Shown: positions 11,439 through 24,719 of the stretch, in pieces
How positions within the stretch are numbered: position 1 is the first letter of the stretch
Layout of the letters: every line of letters begins with the position of its first letter
Source: Sphyrna mokarran
Taxonomy: Eukaryota
Reading direction: 5' to 3'
Length of the DNA stretch: 64,000 bases
Assembly: GCA_024679065.1 (NCBI GenBank)
Contig: JAGIQG010000004.1
Span: forward strand, 35,588,001-35,652,000
Program-made: the position numbers and the translations under genes
Notes under the pieces: model-generated
What the model saw: only the letters and a program-made list of their open reading frames with translations
Told to the model about the DNA's origin: nothing
Databases searched by the model: none

Positions 11439-14400
11439 GCTTGAAGAGCTTTTGGATATTTCATGATGAACAACATTTCTCCAATTAAATTATCCCTTGA
11501 CTGCCTTAGAGATTTAGGGGGAAAAAAAACACTCAATTTCTCCTTTCAATCATGCCATTCCTTTTCACTCTCAGAAAATGGGACCTATAAAGACTTGTAA
11601 ACTGCTTTCAGCCTCAAATCTCTTTTCTCAAATTTTTTCATATGTTTATTTATGTTCTCTGGTCAATTTATTACAAAATATTCAATCATACCCAGTGGAA
11701 TAGATTTTAGTCATAACACTGTATCTTCAGGATATGTTTCTTCTCTCACTTTGGCTGCAGAAGAATGAACTTGAGCAGTATCTTATAGTTCCATTTCCAT
11801 TTCAGAGTCCACTTCTGGGTCACATATTTCAGCAATGTGTTGTCTCTGAAAAATTGGCAAGTCAAAGCCATCAGAGAAGTCATCAAAATATTGTGGAGGT
11901 GAATGTGCAATTTGGGCACTGCTTAATATTTCAAAGCTTTTAAAATAAAGTGCCAAATTGTTCTTTTGCCTAGCTTTGTGCTCTTGCCTAGCCTTCATCT
12001 TTCTGTGTTTATACGGGGAGATTTACTGTCACTTCTTATTGACTGATCTGTCTTGATTTCAATGAATATGAATTTTCAGAAAGACCAAGCTTCGTTGCTC
12101 TCTTCACCCTGCTTACCTCAGTGACCTCACCTGACTGCTGGCTTAGGCTGTCTGACTATGGTATGGTCTCACCCTCACCTTGCCTCAGCCCTAACTTGAG
12201 CATCAAGCCATTCCTGCAGGTTGCAGCTACTTCTCTCAATGACCTATGCTCACGTGTACTAGTGGTCACTGCTGGCTATTTGGTCTGGCCTCTGCTCTCA
12301 CCCTCGCCAGTTTGGTTGCCTGGCTCTATTCACTCTTAACCCTGGCCTCATCATATCGCAACTCAGTGGAAACTATGCTGGCACCTGTCTGGCCCTTGCC
12401 TCCCTCCCCCCTGCTCATCTCTTGCTCGGGTGGCTGTGCATCAAGCCTCAACAATCACAAGTGCTCCTAACTGCCTGGCTGCTGCTGCTGCTGGCTTCAT
12501 CTGGCCTGCCTTGGCCTCTACTCTTACACTAAGTCAGCTGCCAGGCCTTCATAGGACAGGTTGCCGCCCAGCCCTCATACTTTCAAGTTCAGAAATTTAG
12601 CCAGACAATCAGGAAATAATCCAAACTGCTTTCAAGTTACCACTTCTCAGTGTCTGGAACAATGTTTTCAGGGGACTTCACCAAGCAGAGTTCAATGTTG
12701 TTCTGTATTACCTGCTGGAATGGGCCTATCAGAAAATTCAGAACATTGGTCTCTGATTGGTGCTCCCATAGCCATCTCTCAGTAACCACTGACCCCCCCT
12801 CTCAACCCCATTGCCCCATTGACCAGGGCCCTGCACTGCAAAACCATGTTTTTCACTATAAGTTGATGACTGCACTGATGACAATTCCAAATAGTGATTT
12901 CTGGAAGGCAGTAGAAGCTTTGAGCATCTGAAAGCACACGTTGTTGCTATAGACAGTGTGCTGGGGAGCAATGGGACAGGATCAAAGAAGGCCCCGAACT
13001 TCTTGAATAGCAAACAACATCGGATTAACACTCAATGCCAAATTACTTATGTTAAATCTTTTCTCAGCCTGACCATCTGACTCAGACTGGGCTAGATCTA
13101 GGCAGTGTCATGCACTTGTGGCCCAGCACCAAAGTGCAGAAGAATAAAGTGAACAGGCCATGCCTCTTTCAGGCCAGAGAGAAGGTAATTGTCAAAGGTC
13201 AGTGGATAGGAGTTGAAGGATAGGGTGAATTTATGGAAAATGGGGGGATTGAAGGTTAGTGGGAGGAATCAAAGGTCAGGAGTATGCGGAGGTGGGAAAT
13301 TATCTGGCCTAGGGGATTTAGATTGGGCTTTGGGATGGGGAGGACAGAGAGAGGAAAGAAAGAGGGCCTCAGGATGTGTAAAGGAGGCTCAGGCCTTGCG
13401 TAGGTGTCTGACCTGGAGGTGTGCGGTCACGTCTGAGGTTGGAACTCGAGGGCGTGGTCATTGGTGCTGAGGCATCCAGTGGAAGGATCAGATGGATGAA
13501 CACCTATGGGTGTGAAGTAGTTAGGGTTCAGAGGAACACCCCTGGAAAGTTGGGGGTGGAGTGTCAGTCTAGGTCTGTACAATATTTACCCAGAAGTTAG
13601 AATAGGGTTTTAATTCTTCTAAATCTTCTGAGGTAACTATTGATGTAACATAGTCAAAATCATCCAAAATTTGTTATATAAATTGCTTCCTTCATGGTCC
13701 CCAGTGCCGGGTATTTGCCCAAGAGAAATTTGCATTTCTGGGCAATTAACCTGCAAACCTTACCTGGGAATAGCTTATTTTTGCAGTATCTTGTAGGAGG
13801 CATTGGGGAGCTCAGAAATTATGGTCTGTCCTCTTTATTGGCAATGATATGTGTCTTTGAAGGCTTCATTATGATCGAGAATTTTGGAATTTGCAGGGGC
13901 ATGGGATAGCCATGAAGGTGTGATGCCTGCGTTGAAGAGAATGCAAATGTTTGACATTGCCTTGCTCACTTGGTGTGCATCCATATTAAGCTGTAGATAA
14001 ATGCAGCCCAGGATCCCCAGTTGAGTGTACCAGATGTCAAAGTGTGATTTGGAAGAATGTACCACAGATGACTGAATCATCTCTAAACGGATTCACAACA
14101 GCAGAATATCATCGGCTGCTTAGTCCCAGGTGTGAACTATCTGATTCACCATTGACGTTGTACAGAGTGCATAGCTCCATTGCTTGAAATGGATTTCCTT
14201 GAGGAGACTTGTCTGATTGAAAGTATATAGCACTGAGTCAACTGAGGATCGTATAACAGCTCCTGTCTCTTGTCAGGTTCCATTGTGACTGGGATGGTGT
14301 TTGAAGAAACAGTATCCTATGGCTGATATTGGGACACCCTCCTCCATTTAGCACTTTATCTCAAAATACGCATACTCCCAAGGTTCCTTCATCCTTCAGA

Positions 14401-14532
14401 GGATCAGGACCTTGTGAGCTCATATTGACATATATGGACGAAATGAGAGAACTGATAATACTGGTGTTCATGCTAGTCCATAATGGAGGGCATGCTTCCT
14501 TCCACTAGCAGAATCTGATGCAATGAAGGTTT

Positions 14533-14534
<2 letters not shown>

Positions 14535-14562
<28 letters not shown>
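14535..14562. repeat. (CA)n microsatellite
   Basis: Direct observation. Confidence 0.95.
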
Positions 14563-14563
<1 letters not shown>

Positions 14564-14751
14564 GCCTGCCTTATCTGGCCCATGCTATGGCCTCTTCCCC
14601 TATGGCCTTATCTTCATCAAACTCATCACCCTCATCCCTTTGAGGTTCTCCTCATTGGAGATTACATGTAGCTCTTCCATATCGTCATCTGCAAGTCCTC
14701 CCGCCTTGCAGGGCTAAGTTGTGCAGCATGTAGCAAGCCAAGTCATTCATG

Positions 14752-15680
14752 AGACAGTCACAGATTGCTGATTAGAATGCGAATCCTTACATCTAACCTG
14801 CTATTCAAGTGTTAAAGTGGCTAACAATGTGTGTGAAGGGAACACTGAGCGTTGGTTAGAGAAATGTGTATTTTCTCCAGACAGCACAGTAAGTGAGGTT
14901 TTTTGCTAATCCAGGCAAGTCACGGGGGTAACAGATAGTGTGACATGAAGCCAAGATCCCTGTTGAGACCGTCCTCATGTGTACGGAACTTGGCTATCAG
15001 TCTCTGCTCAGCGACTCTGCGCTGTCGTGTGTCATGAAGGCACCCTTGAAGAACATTTACCCGAAGGTTGGAGGCCGAATGCCCATGACTGCTGAAGTGT
15101 TCGCCCACAGGAAGGGAACTGTTTTGCCTGGTGATTCATCCACTGTCGTAGTGTCTGCATGGTCTCCCCAATGTACCATGCTTCGGGACATCCTTTCTTG
15201 CAACGTATTAGGTAGACAACATTGGCCGAGTTGCAAGAGTATGTACCATGTACCTGGTGAATGCTATCCTCATGTTTGATGATGTCGTCCATGTCTATGA
15301 TCCGGCATGTCTTGCACAGTTTGCTGTGGCAGGGTTGTGTGGTATTGTGGTCACTGTTCTCCTGAAGGTTGGGTAGCTTGCTGCGAACAATGATCTGTTT
15401 GAGGTTGTGCTGTTGTCTGAAAGCAAGAAGTGGGAGGGTGGGGATGGCCCTAGCCACTTTAACACTTGAATAGCAGGTTAGATGTAAGGATTCGCATTCT
15501 AATCAGCAATCTGTGACTGTCTGTGCTGATGTGTGCTATTGCAGACCAGAAAACTGCATTTGCCTGACGAAGACGAAAAGTCGAAAGCTCGCTGATTTAC
15601 TATCAAATAAATTGGTTGGATTTAAAATTGGTGTTGTAAAACTTTACTGAGTTAACCCCAATCCAACGCCGGCATCTCTA
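14752..15680 (-). mobile_element. Penelope-like retroelement 3' portion (GIY-YIG endonuclease) with inverted pseudo-LTR
   Basis: Minus ORFs 15032-15457 and 14920-15108: 'PCHSKLCKTC...YSCNSANVVYLIRC...WYIGETMQTLRQWMN' and 'HFSSHGHS...EQRLIAKFRTHEDGLNRD'; 72-bp inverted repeat 14752-14823 / 15451-15522. Confidence 0.9.
15556..15598 (+). ncRNA. Minimal type I hammerhead ribozyme motif in the Penelope pseudo-LTR
   Basis: CTGACGA (15564-70), A, stem II GAC/GAAAA/GTC, GAAA (15583-86), GCTC; palindromic AGCT minimal stem III; short stem I starting GC/GC. Confidence 0.7.
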
Positions 15681-16744
15681 CCCCAAGTGGCTTATGTCAT
15701 TCTTTAGAATTCTCTTGCCCTAGCCTAGCACTGAGCGCATAGTATTCCACATTCATCCCTTGTGTCTTGTCCAATTTTCCCCACTTGTAACTCTAGTGAG
15801 CCCGAACCCTCCAGCTTGAAGGCAGCTTCCCTCCCACCCAAACCCCAACCCCCTCCTCAGTACAGTCTTAGTGTCGCAGCTCACTTAAATATACCCCTGC
15901 TTACCGCTGGTCTAGTAGGTAGAGAATTACTTATGATAGATCTCCCTGACAGCAATATGGTGCTATGTGTGAACCCTGGTAATGATTCCCTTGAGCCCTG
16001 CACGATGCAAGGTAGTGAAGTAATCTCAACCTGACGAACGAAGTGCAGGTCACTAGGTGCACATTGCTTATATACCATTGTGAAACATGTCATTTTAATA
16101 GCACACTGACGTGCCCAGATGATCCAGCATGAGGCCAGATGATTCCAGTGAACAGTCATTGTAATGAGATGCAAAATGGCAGTAAATGTTACTCATTTAA
16201 TAGCTAGAACATACAATTGTGACTTCCTTTTGAGACAATTTAAAACAGTTTTTTGATCTTTTCATGGTATTTTCTGCTCCTGCTACTATAATGCTTACTG
16301 AGGATGGGAGCAGGTTTTCCAAGGCAAAAAACCTGCAATTCCTCTTCAATTTTGCACATGGGTGTGACTATTTTCACTTGCTTCCACTTTTACCTAACCC
16401 ACAGTGCCTTCTCTACTCACCTCTGAATTGATTCTCCAGCTGTTCATACTCCATCATCTCTGCCAGTAAGAATAAAGAATTTGACACTCAGCTAAATCTC
16501 CATTCACTGCAGTGGGAATGGAGAATTCCAACTGTGGGCGAGGCCGAAGAATCCAGCCCATTGTTTGCAGATTCCTGGTTATGGGACCATTAATATTTGC
16601 GAAAATTTCTTCTCCAAAATGAGCTGTATTGCATTAAATAAAAACTTTAGAAATAAGAGCACGTTTGTTTTTTTTTGATTTATTGTTGTCATATGCTTAG
16701 GTTTGAGTCTGTTTTGCTTTCCAATAAGATTATAGTTGGTCTGA

Positions 16745-16980
16745 TCATGGCTTCAGCTCCACTTTCCTATTTTCCCCCTGTAAGTTTTGATCAAAAAATG
16801 GTCTAACTCAGCTTTGAATGCATTCACTGACCCAATCTCCCTTATTCTCTGGGGTAAAGAATTCCAGAGATCAATGACCTTTGAAAGAGGAAATTCCTCC
16901 TCATATAACTTTAGGATGCCCTTTATTCTGAAACTGTGCTCCCTAGCTCTAGATTTCCCATGAGGGAAGACTCTCTCAGC
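16745..16980 (-). mobile_element. CR1 LINE 3' fragment
   Basis: 'SRAREHSFRIKG...V.DLWNSLPQR...SVNAFKAELD.FL' ORF2 C-terminal motif. Confidence 0.75.
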
Positions 16981-17294
16981 ATTCAAAGCAAATGCTTTTT
17001 TCAAACCATTTCCATGGAAAAAGCAATCCTTAACATTTGCTTGTGTCTCTGCACAAAAAGACAGTTTTACTTCCAAAGATATTTGAATACTCCATTATTA
17101 AAAATTCCTAACATATTTAACAACCTCAGTAATTGAAATGATTAGGAATTAATTTTGTGCAAACCCAGACGGAATAGTACATTGTTAGGGATTAGATCAG
17201 AAACTCCAAGATACATTATGAAGTTAGCCTAAACTCTAATTTATGCTTTTGATTTTGGCATTCGGGTGAGCATAAGGAGTTTCACTCAAAGTCT

Positions 17295-19610
17295 TTGATT
17301 TGGTTTATTATTGTTACATATATTGATATACAGTAAAAAGAATTGTTTTTTGTGTGCTATATTTTAAAAGCATACTGTTCATAGAGAAGGAAAGGAGACA
17401 ATGCAGAATGTAGTGTTACAGTTATAGCTAGGGTGTAGAAAAAGATCAACTTAATGTGAGGTAAGTCCATTCAAAGGTCTGATGACAGCTGGGAAGAACC
17501 TGTTTTTTGAGTGAGTTGTCCTCAGATTTTTGTATCTTTTTCCCGATGGAAAAAGATGGAAGGGAGTATGTTTAGGGTGCGTGGGTTATTAATATTGTTG
17601 GTGCCTTTTGCAAGGCAGTGGGAAGTGTGGACAGTATCAATGGGTGGGAGGCTGGTTTGAATGATGGACTGGGTTTTTGCATGACCCTTTTTAGTTTCTT
17701 GCAGTCTTCGACAGAGCAGGAGCCATATCAAAGTGCAATACAATCAGAAAAAATGCTTTCTGTGGTGCAAGTGTAAAGGTTGGTGAGTGTTGTAGTGGAC
17801 ATGCCAAATTTTCTTAGTCTCCTGAGAAAGTAGAAGGGTTGATGGGCTTTTTTAACTATAGTATCAGCATGGGAAACCAGGACACCCAAAAACGTAAAGC
17901 TCTCTATAATTTCTACTTCGCCCCATTGATGAAAACAGGGGCATGAGCTCCATTATGCTTCCTGAAGTTGACAACTATCTCCTTCATTTTGTTGTCATTG
18001 AGTGAGAGATTATTGTCTTTGCACCAGTTCACCAGACCTCTTCTGTACTCTGTCATTGTTTGAGATCCAACCCAATACAGCGGTGTCATTGGCAGACTTG
18101 AAAATCGAGTTGAGGAGAATTGGCCAGTCATAGGAGCTGAGGCGCTGAGGACACTGGTGTTGAGGATGATCATGAAGGAGGTATTGTTATCTATCCTTAC
18201 TGATTACAGCATGTAGGTTAGGAAGTTCAAGATGCAGCTGCAGAGGGAAAAGCTGAGATCCAGGCCACAGAGTTTGGAGACGTTTCATCAAAATAATGGT
18301 GTTGAAAGCTGAGCTATAGTCAATAAATAGGTGTTCTGGAGTTGAGTGCAGAGCCAGGAGATGGTGTTTGCTGTCGACCTGTCGCAGTGGTAGGTGAACA
18401 GTAGTTCTGGCCAATCTGAGAGGCAGGAATTGATTCGTGCCATGACCAACCTTTCAAAGCACTCCATAATGTTGAATGTCAAAGCCATCAGATGATAATT
18501 ATTAAGACACACTGGTTGGCTTTTCTTTGGTACCAGAATGACGGACAACTTCTTAAAGCAGATAGGGACCTCAGATTGTTGTAAAGAGAGATTGAAGCTT
18601 TCTGTGAATATCTCCCCCTCCACCCCAAGTTGATCCATGCAGGGTCTGAATTCTTGTCTGGGTACCCCATCTGGGCCAATTTCTTTTCGTAGGTTGACCT
18701 TCAAGAATGCTGCTCTGACATCTGCAATGGTGACTTTGGATAGAGGTTCATGCAAGGCTTCCAGGATGAAAGGCATGTTCTCGCTGACCTCTTGCTGAAA
18801 ACAGGCATTGAATACATTGACCTCATCTGGGAAGGGTGTGTTGGTACAGGTGATTTTACATGCCTTCATTTTGTAGCCTGGTATGTCTTGCAAACATTGC
18901 CATGGTCAGCAGAGAGTCAGTGTGGCTAGCCTGGGTCTCTAGCTTGGTTCGTTACTGATTTCTGGCATCTTTAATGAATCTCCTTAGATCATATCTGGCT
19001 TTCTTATATAGGTCAGGGTTGCCTGACTTGAACACCTCAGATCTAGACTTCAGTAAGAAGTGGATATCCCAGTTCATCCGTGGTTTTTGGTTGAGAAACA
19101 CACAGATTGCTTCTTTCATACACAGTCTTCTACACATTTACTAATGAAGTCAGTTACTGTATTGGCGTACTTGTTCAGGCTAGTTGCAGAGTTTTTCATT
19201 AATGACCAGTCTGCTGGCTCAAAGCAGCCCTTAGGAGATCATCTGACTCCTCAGACCAACACTGCACGACTTTTTTTGATGAAATCTTCCGTTTCAATTT
19301 TTGCTTGTAAGCCAGGAGCAGGAGCACAGCTTTGTGGTCTGAGTTGTCAAAATGTGGGCCGTGATCGCATATTACACAGGTTTGATATTTGTGTAGCAGT
19401 GGCCTAAAATGTTTGCGCCTCTGGTGACACGGGTGTTGGTTGTATCTTTGTAGATGCTCTTGATTAAGTCTTTGGCCACAGTGAACAAGGGATGTTCCGT
19501 CTCAAGACTATTTGTTGTGTTGCATATTTCATCCACTACAATCTTCATATCTGCATGGGTGAGATGTAAATTGCTGTCAGAATAATAGAGATGAACTCTA
19601 GTGGAAGGTA
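17295..19610 (-). mobile_element. Decayed Rex1/Babar-clade LINE (endonuclease remnant, RT, 3' UTR)
   Basis: 'GPDGVP', 'VPKK..P.CLNNY..MALT..IMECFERLV', 'LFIDYSSAFNTI', 'WCKDNNLSLN..K.KEIVVNFRK'; ends in AATAATAAACC tail. Confidence 0.8.
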
Positions 19611-19686
19611 GTAGGGATGGCATTTTATAGTTACTATTCTGAGGAGCAGAAACTCACAAATGTTTCTATGTCCAGACACCACAAGG

Positions 19687-21160
19687 TGTTAATCAGGAGG
19701 CAGCCCTTACCTCCCCAAGCTTTGCTTGAGTATGATTCCATTGATCCACCAGGAAGATTTTATCAAAACAAACTTTATTTAAGAACACATTCAGATTATA
19801 ACAAAAAGAATTAGCATAACTTTTACCAATTAAAATATTTAAACATGAAATACTCATGTTCCAGATTTCCCACTTCTTTTTATGAGTTTTGGATAAAGGA
19901 TGTATTTCTCCAGATCTGCAATCTTGAGAAATTTAATTCTCCTTGCAGACTCCCTGTCTCTGTGGCCAGAGCTCTGCCTCAGAAATGTAAAAGGTGTTGG
20001 TGCATTTCTTTGGAATTTGACTTTCAGGAATCATTTGCATATCTTTAAAGATAATGAAGCCCTTAATCGTTTTCTGAAGGCTAGCAATGTCTATAATTCC
20101 AATGTAAGCAACATGCCTCCATAGACATAAATCCTATTTTTAGAACCAGTTACCATCAGAAACATGTATGCTCACATGGATGCTAGATTTCAAATCTTTT
20201 TAACACCACTGAATATAGATCCAGACAGGCACCCATCTTCCAATTCTAACGCCGCAGTCTCCAGAGATTGATCCACCCAGAGAATCTCACAGAAATAGAC
20301 TTATTTCCTGGCAGATTCCTGTCTCTAAATTCAGAGAGAAGGAGAGAGAGACAGAGAAAACGACCTTTTTCTAAGGACCTCAAACAGGAGACTGAGCTTG
20401 AATTGTGCAAGCCTACCATTTTACTACTTAACAGGTAGCAGCAGAAAGAGCTCTGTCCAGGTAAATTGCCTGGAGCTCATCTACACTGTGTGCTACTGGA
20501 AACATCAGAACACCTATGTCAGTGCTATAAACCTAATTAATCTCTGAGTACCTTCTTCTATTATGGAAGTCCTTGCCTCTGGAAAGACCCTGATCACCCT
20601 GCGATCATTTCAAGTGCTAACCTCTGGAGGAATGCAACACTGGACTCATGTGAAACTATACTTCTTATTTTTATTGTGATCTTGCTCTATTCTCCTTTTC
20701 TTCCTTATTCCTTCTTTTATTGTATAACTGCAAAAGAGGCAAATATTGCAAGACTCCTTTCCTCATTTTATGTGTGTGTGAAATAAACCAACCCCCTTAT
20801 TTTATCTTATCTCAGAGTAACTAGGGGGGGTTATTAATAGAGGAATCCTCCAAACTGAAGAACTGGGAAAATATGCCACCACTTAAAAAGAGGGCAATCA
20901 GAAATCAAATACATCTTTCTGTTTTATAATAAGTCTCCAGCAGCAGAGGTCCCTGCACAAAAATTCCTTTTAGAGTGCTGTCTGTTCATAGTCTACTTCT
21001 GGAGGTGTCAGAAGAACTAATATTCCCAGTTAATACAATGCAAAGACTCCCTGAATGGCTCATCAATTGGACCCTTAATCAGGGAATTCATACTCCAATA
21101 GGCCAACTTCAATAGCCTGACTGAAGTCATTACATGTTTACAGATGGGTATATAACCTCA
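19687..21160 (-). mobile_element. Cluster of LTR-like sequences with a short gag-like remnant (probably nested)
   Basis: TGTTA start, minus-strand AATAAA at ~19774, coding-like remnant 19860-20250 ending in a PBS-like TGGGTGCC; boundaries uncertain. Confidence 0.35.
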
Positions 21161-21559
21161 ACTTCATATTTCACTTGTATTTGATAACTTTTTATCGTCT
21201 TGCTTATCAAGAATCTATCAACCTTTGTCTTCAAAATATTCAAATACCCCACTTGCACTGCCTTTTGAGGAAGAGAGTTCCAAAGACTCATAACCCACTG
21301 AAAGAAAAAAGTTCTCCAAGTCTCTTAAGTGGACAAACTCTTATTTTTAAGTAGTGGTTCCTTATACTAGGTTCTCCCACATGAGAAGTTGTACTAGATT
21401 CTACCAAGTTGCAATATCTGGCAAGTACTGTGTAAATAGGTTAAATCCTTTCTTTTTAGGCAGGCTGGGGGCAAGATTGAAGTTAGACTGGGGGATTTCA
21501 GCTAAGGGGCAAAGGATGTATTTGTTTCTCTTTGCTTTTTCTACCTTTCTCTCCCTTTA

Positions 21560-22360
21560 GGACTAGTTCTTACTCTACTACAGGAAAAGGATCTAGTTGT
21601 TTGATGAGAAGCTGGTGCATGGGGAACTTGGTAATGAAGTTAATAAAATATGTTAAAAACACCATAACTGAATAAATAGCCTAATTAAGTAATTGTTAAA
21701 AATATAGTGAGATAACAGGACCAGTAATATTCCAAGACTGAAGTATCTGGGTATTCCTGAATAGCATTTTGATCCAGGAAAATATGTCTTGCGGCTTGAG
21801 GAACTTTGATTCAGAGTTATTGAACTGGAGATTCAACTATAGGCTCTGTGACACATAAGGGAGGGGGAAAGTTACCTAGCTGCTTTGTACCAGGATGCAG
21901 TCCTGCCTCTTGGGATAGGGTCTTCTGATTTGGACAGTGGTCAGGGACAGGAGAGTGTGACTGTGAGCAAGGCAGATAAGGGGACCCAGAGGCAAGAGTG
22001 CAGGAGTGTCAACTTCTGCAGTTGTCAGTTCTCTCAGCTTGTGAGTTGATCAACTATAGCATCACAGTTCAGGAAACAATTCAAATGGAGAGGTGCATAT
22101 AAGAATGTAGTGATATTAGGGGACAGTATAGTGACCCCCTGTTGATACTGTTCTCTATACTGAGGCATATAAACTTGATTGAATTTTTTGAGGTGATCAG
22201 GTGTGTAGATGAGGGTAGTGCAGTCGATGTAGTTTATATGGATTTCAGCAACGTCTTTGACAAGGTCCTACATGGAAGACTTGTAAAAGTGAATGCACAT
22301 GGAATGTAAGGTAACTTGTTGAAGTGGATTCAAAATTGTCTCAGTTGTGACAGAGACTGA
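21560..22360 (+). mobile_element. Deleted CR1 LINE (ORF1 remnant joined to RT fragment)
   Basis: 'VVILGDSIV' ORF1 esterase-like motif, then 'NLIEFF...[21 protein letters not shown]'. Confidence 0.7.
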
Positions 22361-22364
22361 TGAC

Positions 22365-23050
22365 TCCTGGATGTCAAACTCAAATTTCTTCAGTCTCTTC
22401 TACCATCTGTCAAAATCCATAATATATTCCTCCATAGTTGAATCATCTGTTTTCTTAAAGTCTGACCAGGCGTTGTATACTTCCAATAAGTTATCCCTTT
22501 TGTAGAATTTATTCAAGAAATATAACAGAAGGTCTAGTCCCTCTTCATTGTCCAAACCATTCACTTCCCATTCTGAAAACACTTGCACATAATTTTGCTC
22601 TTTGCTGGCCATGGTAAAGCCAAAGCCATACCTTTCTTCTTTTTGTAATGAAGTAATCCATGTCCACATCTCAACTTCAGTTTTCCATTGCCCAAAAAGC
22701 ATTTCCAAGAAAATTGATGGAGAATCAAAGTCCAATATTTTGCATAATCCTTCTGCAATCCTGTAACTTAAATTTGTCAACAGCAGTATACTTCTTTTCC
22801 TTCAGAAGGTGAAGGCATAAGCCCACTTTTGCAGCAACTAATGACCATGGCTTAATGTTCATTCATTGCTTCTACTTGTTAATATCGTTTCTAGTATATG
22901 ATGGTGGAATAACACAGCAGCATATCTTTTACCTTCAGCAAGTTTACTTTACATCAAACTCAATCAAGGTAAAAATTCCTTATGAATCTTCCACACCAAC
23001 TGTTTCAGTTGTATCCACTGAAACTATTTTGGAGGTTGAGCCAATTATCA
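22365..23050 (-). mobile_element. LTR-retrotransposon gag N-terminal fragment with probable adjacent LTR
   Basis: ORFs 22400-22780 and 22561-22758: 'QWKTEVEMWTWIT', 'GMALAL', 'GLDLLLYFLNKFYKRD.LLEVYNAWSDF...MEEYIMDF'. Confidence 0.5.
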
Positions 23051-23089
23051 TCATTTGTATTTAATTAGGCAATTAGCTTGACAACATAA

Positions 23090-23640
23090 TTACCAAAGGA
23101 TGCACTTATATCGACAGGATATTTGGAAAATTGAAAACAATCGGGCAGAGTCAGTGATTTTACGTAAGGGAAATCATCTTTAACAATTTTATTGGAGTTT
23201 TTTAATGGAGTAGCATAGGCTGTGAATAATGGGGATCTGGTGGATGTACTAGATTTCCAGAAGACATTTGATAAGTTGCCATATCAAAGGTTATTGCAGA
23301 AAATAAAACCTCATGGTGTAGAGAGATAACATGTTCGCATGGATTAAAGAGTAGCTAGCTAACAGAAAACAGAGTTGGCACAAATAGGTCTTTTTCTAGT
23401 TAACAGGATGTAATGAGTAGTGTGCCACACAGATCAATGCTAAGCCTCGACATTTTCAATTTGTATACATGATTTGGATAAAGGAATGAAGGTATGGTTG
23501 CTAAATTTGCTGACAACACAAGGATAGGTAGGAAAGTAAATTGTGAAGAGGACATAATGTAAAAGAACATAGAAAGCTGGGTTAAGTGTGGGCAAAAATC
23601 TGGCAAATGGAGTATAAAGTGGACAAGTGTAAAATCATCT
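23090..23640 (+). mobile_element. CR1 LINE RT fragment
   Basis: 'LDFQKTFDKLPYQRLL.KIK.HG', 'AKFADNTRIG'. Confidence 0.75.
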
Positions 23641-23914
23641 CTCTAATTTTATGTACCCTATGCCAATTTGCACATGGTTCAGCTTTGAGTTTCTGCTTTC
23701 TAATTTAGTGCCTAGTTGCTAATACTCTCTACGCAAAATCACTTTTCTAGTTCTACCTGTATTGTCAATCCCTACATGAGTCACAATCGGATCCCTCCCC
23801 TCCTTTCGCAAATTCCTCTCCAGCCCAGAGCAGATGTCCCAAATCCTGATAGTTATGCTGCCTGCCCACTATCTGAACTCCCATGGTCACTTTCCTCAAT
23901 AAAATCCATAGCAG

Positions 23915-24680
23915 CATGAAAAAGTTATTTATGTTCTAATTGGTTTCATCCTGCACTTAAATTCACCTTTGAAATGGAGCAGTGAAAGGAACTTCCTTTT
24001 CTTGACATACTAGCTAAGAAACGTCAGGGGGTTCTCTACCATGGTCTATCATAAACCTACCTTCATTAGTTAATATATGCATTGTGATTCTGACAGTTCC
24101 ACAAGCTATAAAATTGCCAACATTGCAAATAGGGCTTAAGTCATTTGCTCACCAAGGAAGCTTGATACTGAATTAGGATGCACCAAAGACATCTTGCAAG
24201 ATAATCATTATCCTAATCAGATTATTTTGCGTATTGTGCAAACCTGTGAAAAGGCCCAAGACCATTTTTTTTTGGCCATGAAAAATACCTGTTATATCTC
24301 AGATTACACTGGATAGGCAAGATGTCTCAAACGTTTGAGCAACAGTTGAAGCTCACCATTTCACACTGCTACTATGCAAGAGCAAAGCAAGTGGTATTCA
24401 CCATTAGCAGGATAACACCGTCAAAACAAAAGACACTGCCAATCACACAAATCAGTAACATGATATATAGATTTCAGTACAGTGTGATGCTAGATGCATG
24501 GGTTGTATGTTCCAAAGATTGTTAGATCGTATCTCACAGCACGTCCCAGCACTATTCACAACAGGTAAGGTACACACTGTACCGGACCAGTGCATGCTCA
24601 TAAAACTCAAAACAATGCCCGACAATGGAAGTGATTCCGCAATTGGACAAATTTGCAAAATAATCCTCAGTGCTAAAAAT
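23915..24680 (+). mobile_element. Decayed Penelope RT/thumb fragment
   Basis: 'HPALKFTFEME...LPFLDIL', 'VYHKPT', 'NRA..ICS...L..EL...KDILQDNHYP'. Confidence 0.7.
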
Positions 24681-24719
24681 AGAGATACTTCCTCATTTTG
24701 TACCCTAAAAGTGGCAACC

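Larger units (their letters stand above)
7170..12833 (-). mobile_element. Decayed hAT DNA transposon (ZMYM1-like transposase), split by an LTR insertion
   Basis: Minus strand shows 'VDSTPEVSHMDQL', 'CCGQSFDNVTNMVGNCSGL', 'DTRWS' and a dimerisation-domain-like 'FLTILVTNTSGEHFS'; the N-terminal part resumes at 11440-12090; CAGGGCC-like end at ~12833. Confidence 0.75.

Noticed and set aside
7170-12090. Possible domesticated ZMYM1/ZBED-type host gene
   Set aside because: Many stops and frameshifts plus an LTR insertion; a dead transposase
13860-14740. Faint RT-like remnants on the minus strand
   Set aside because: Too decayed to assign a family by eye
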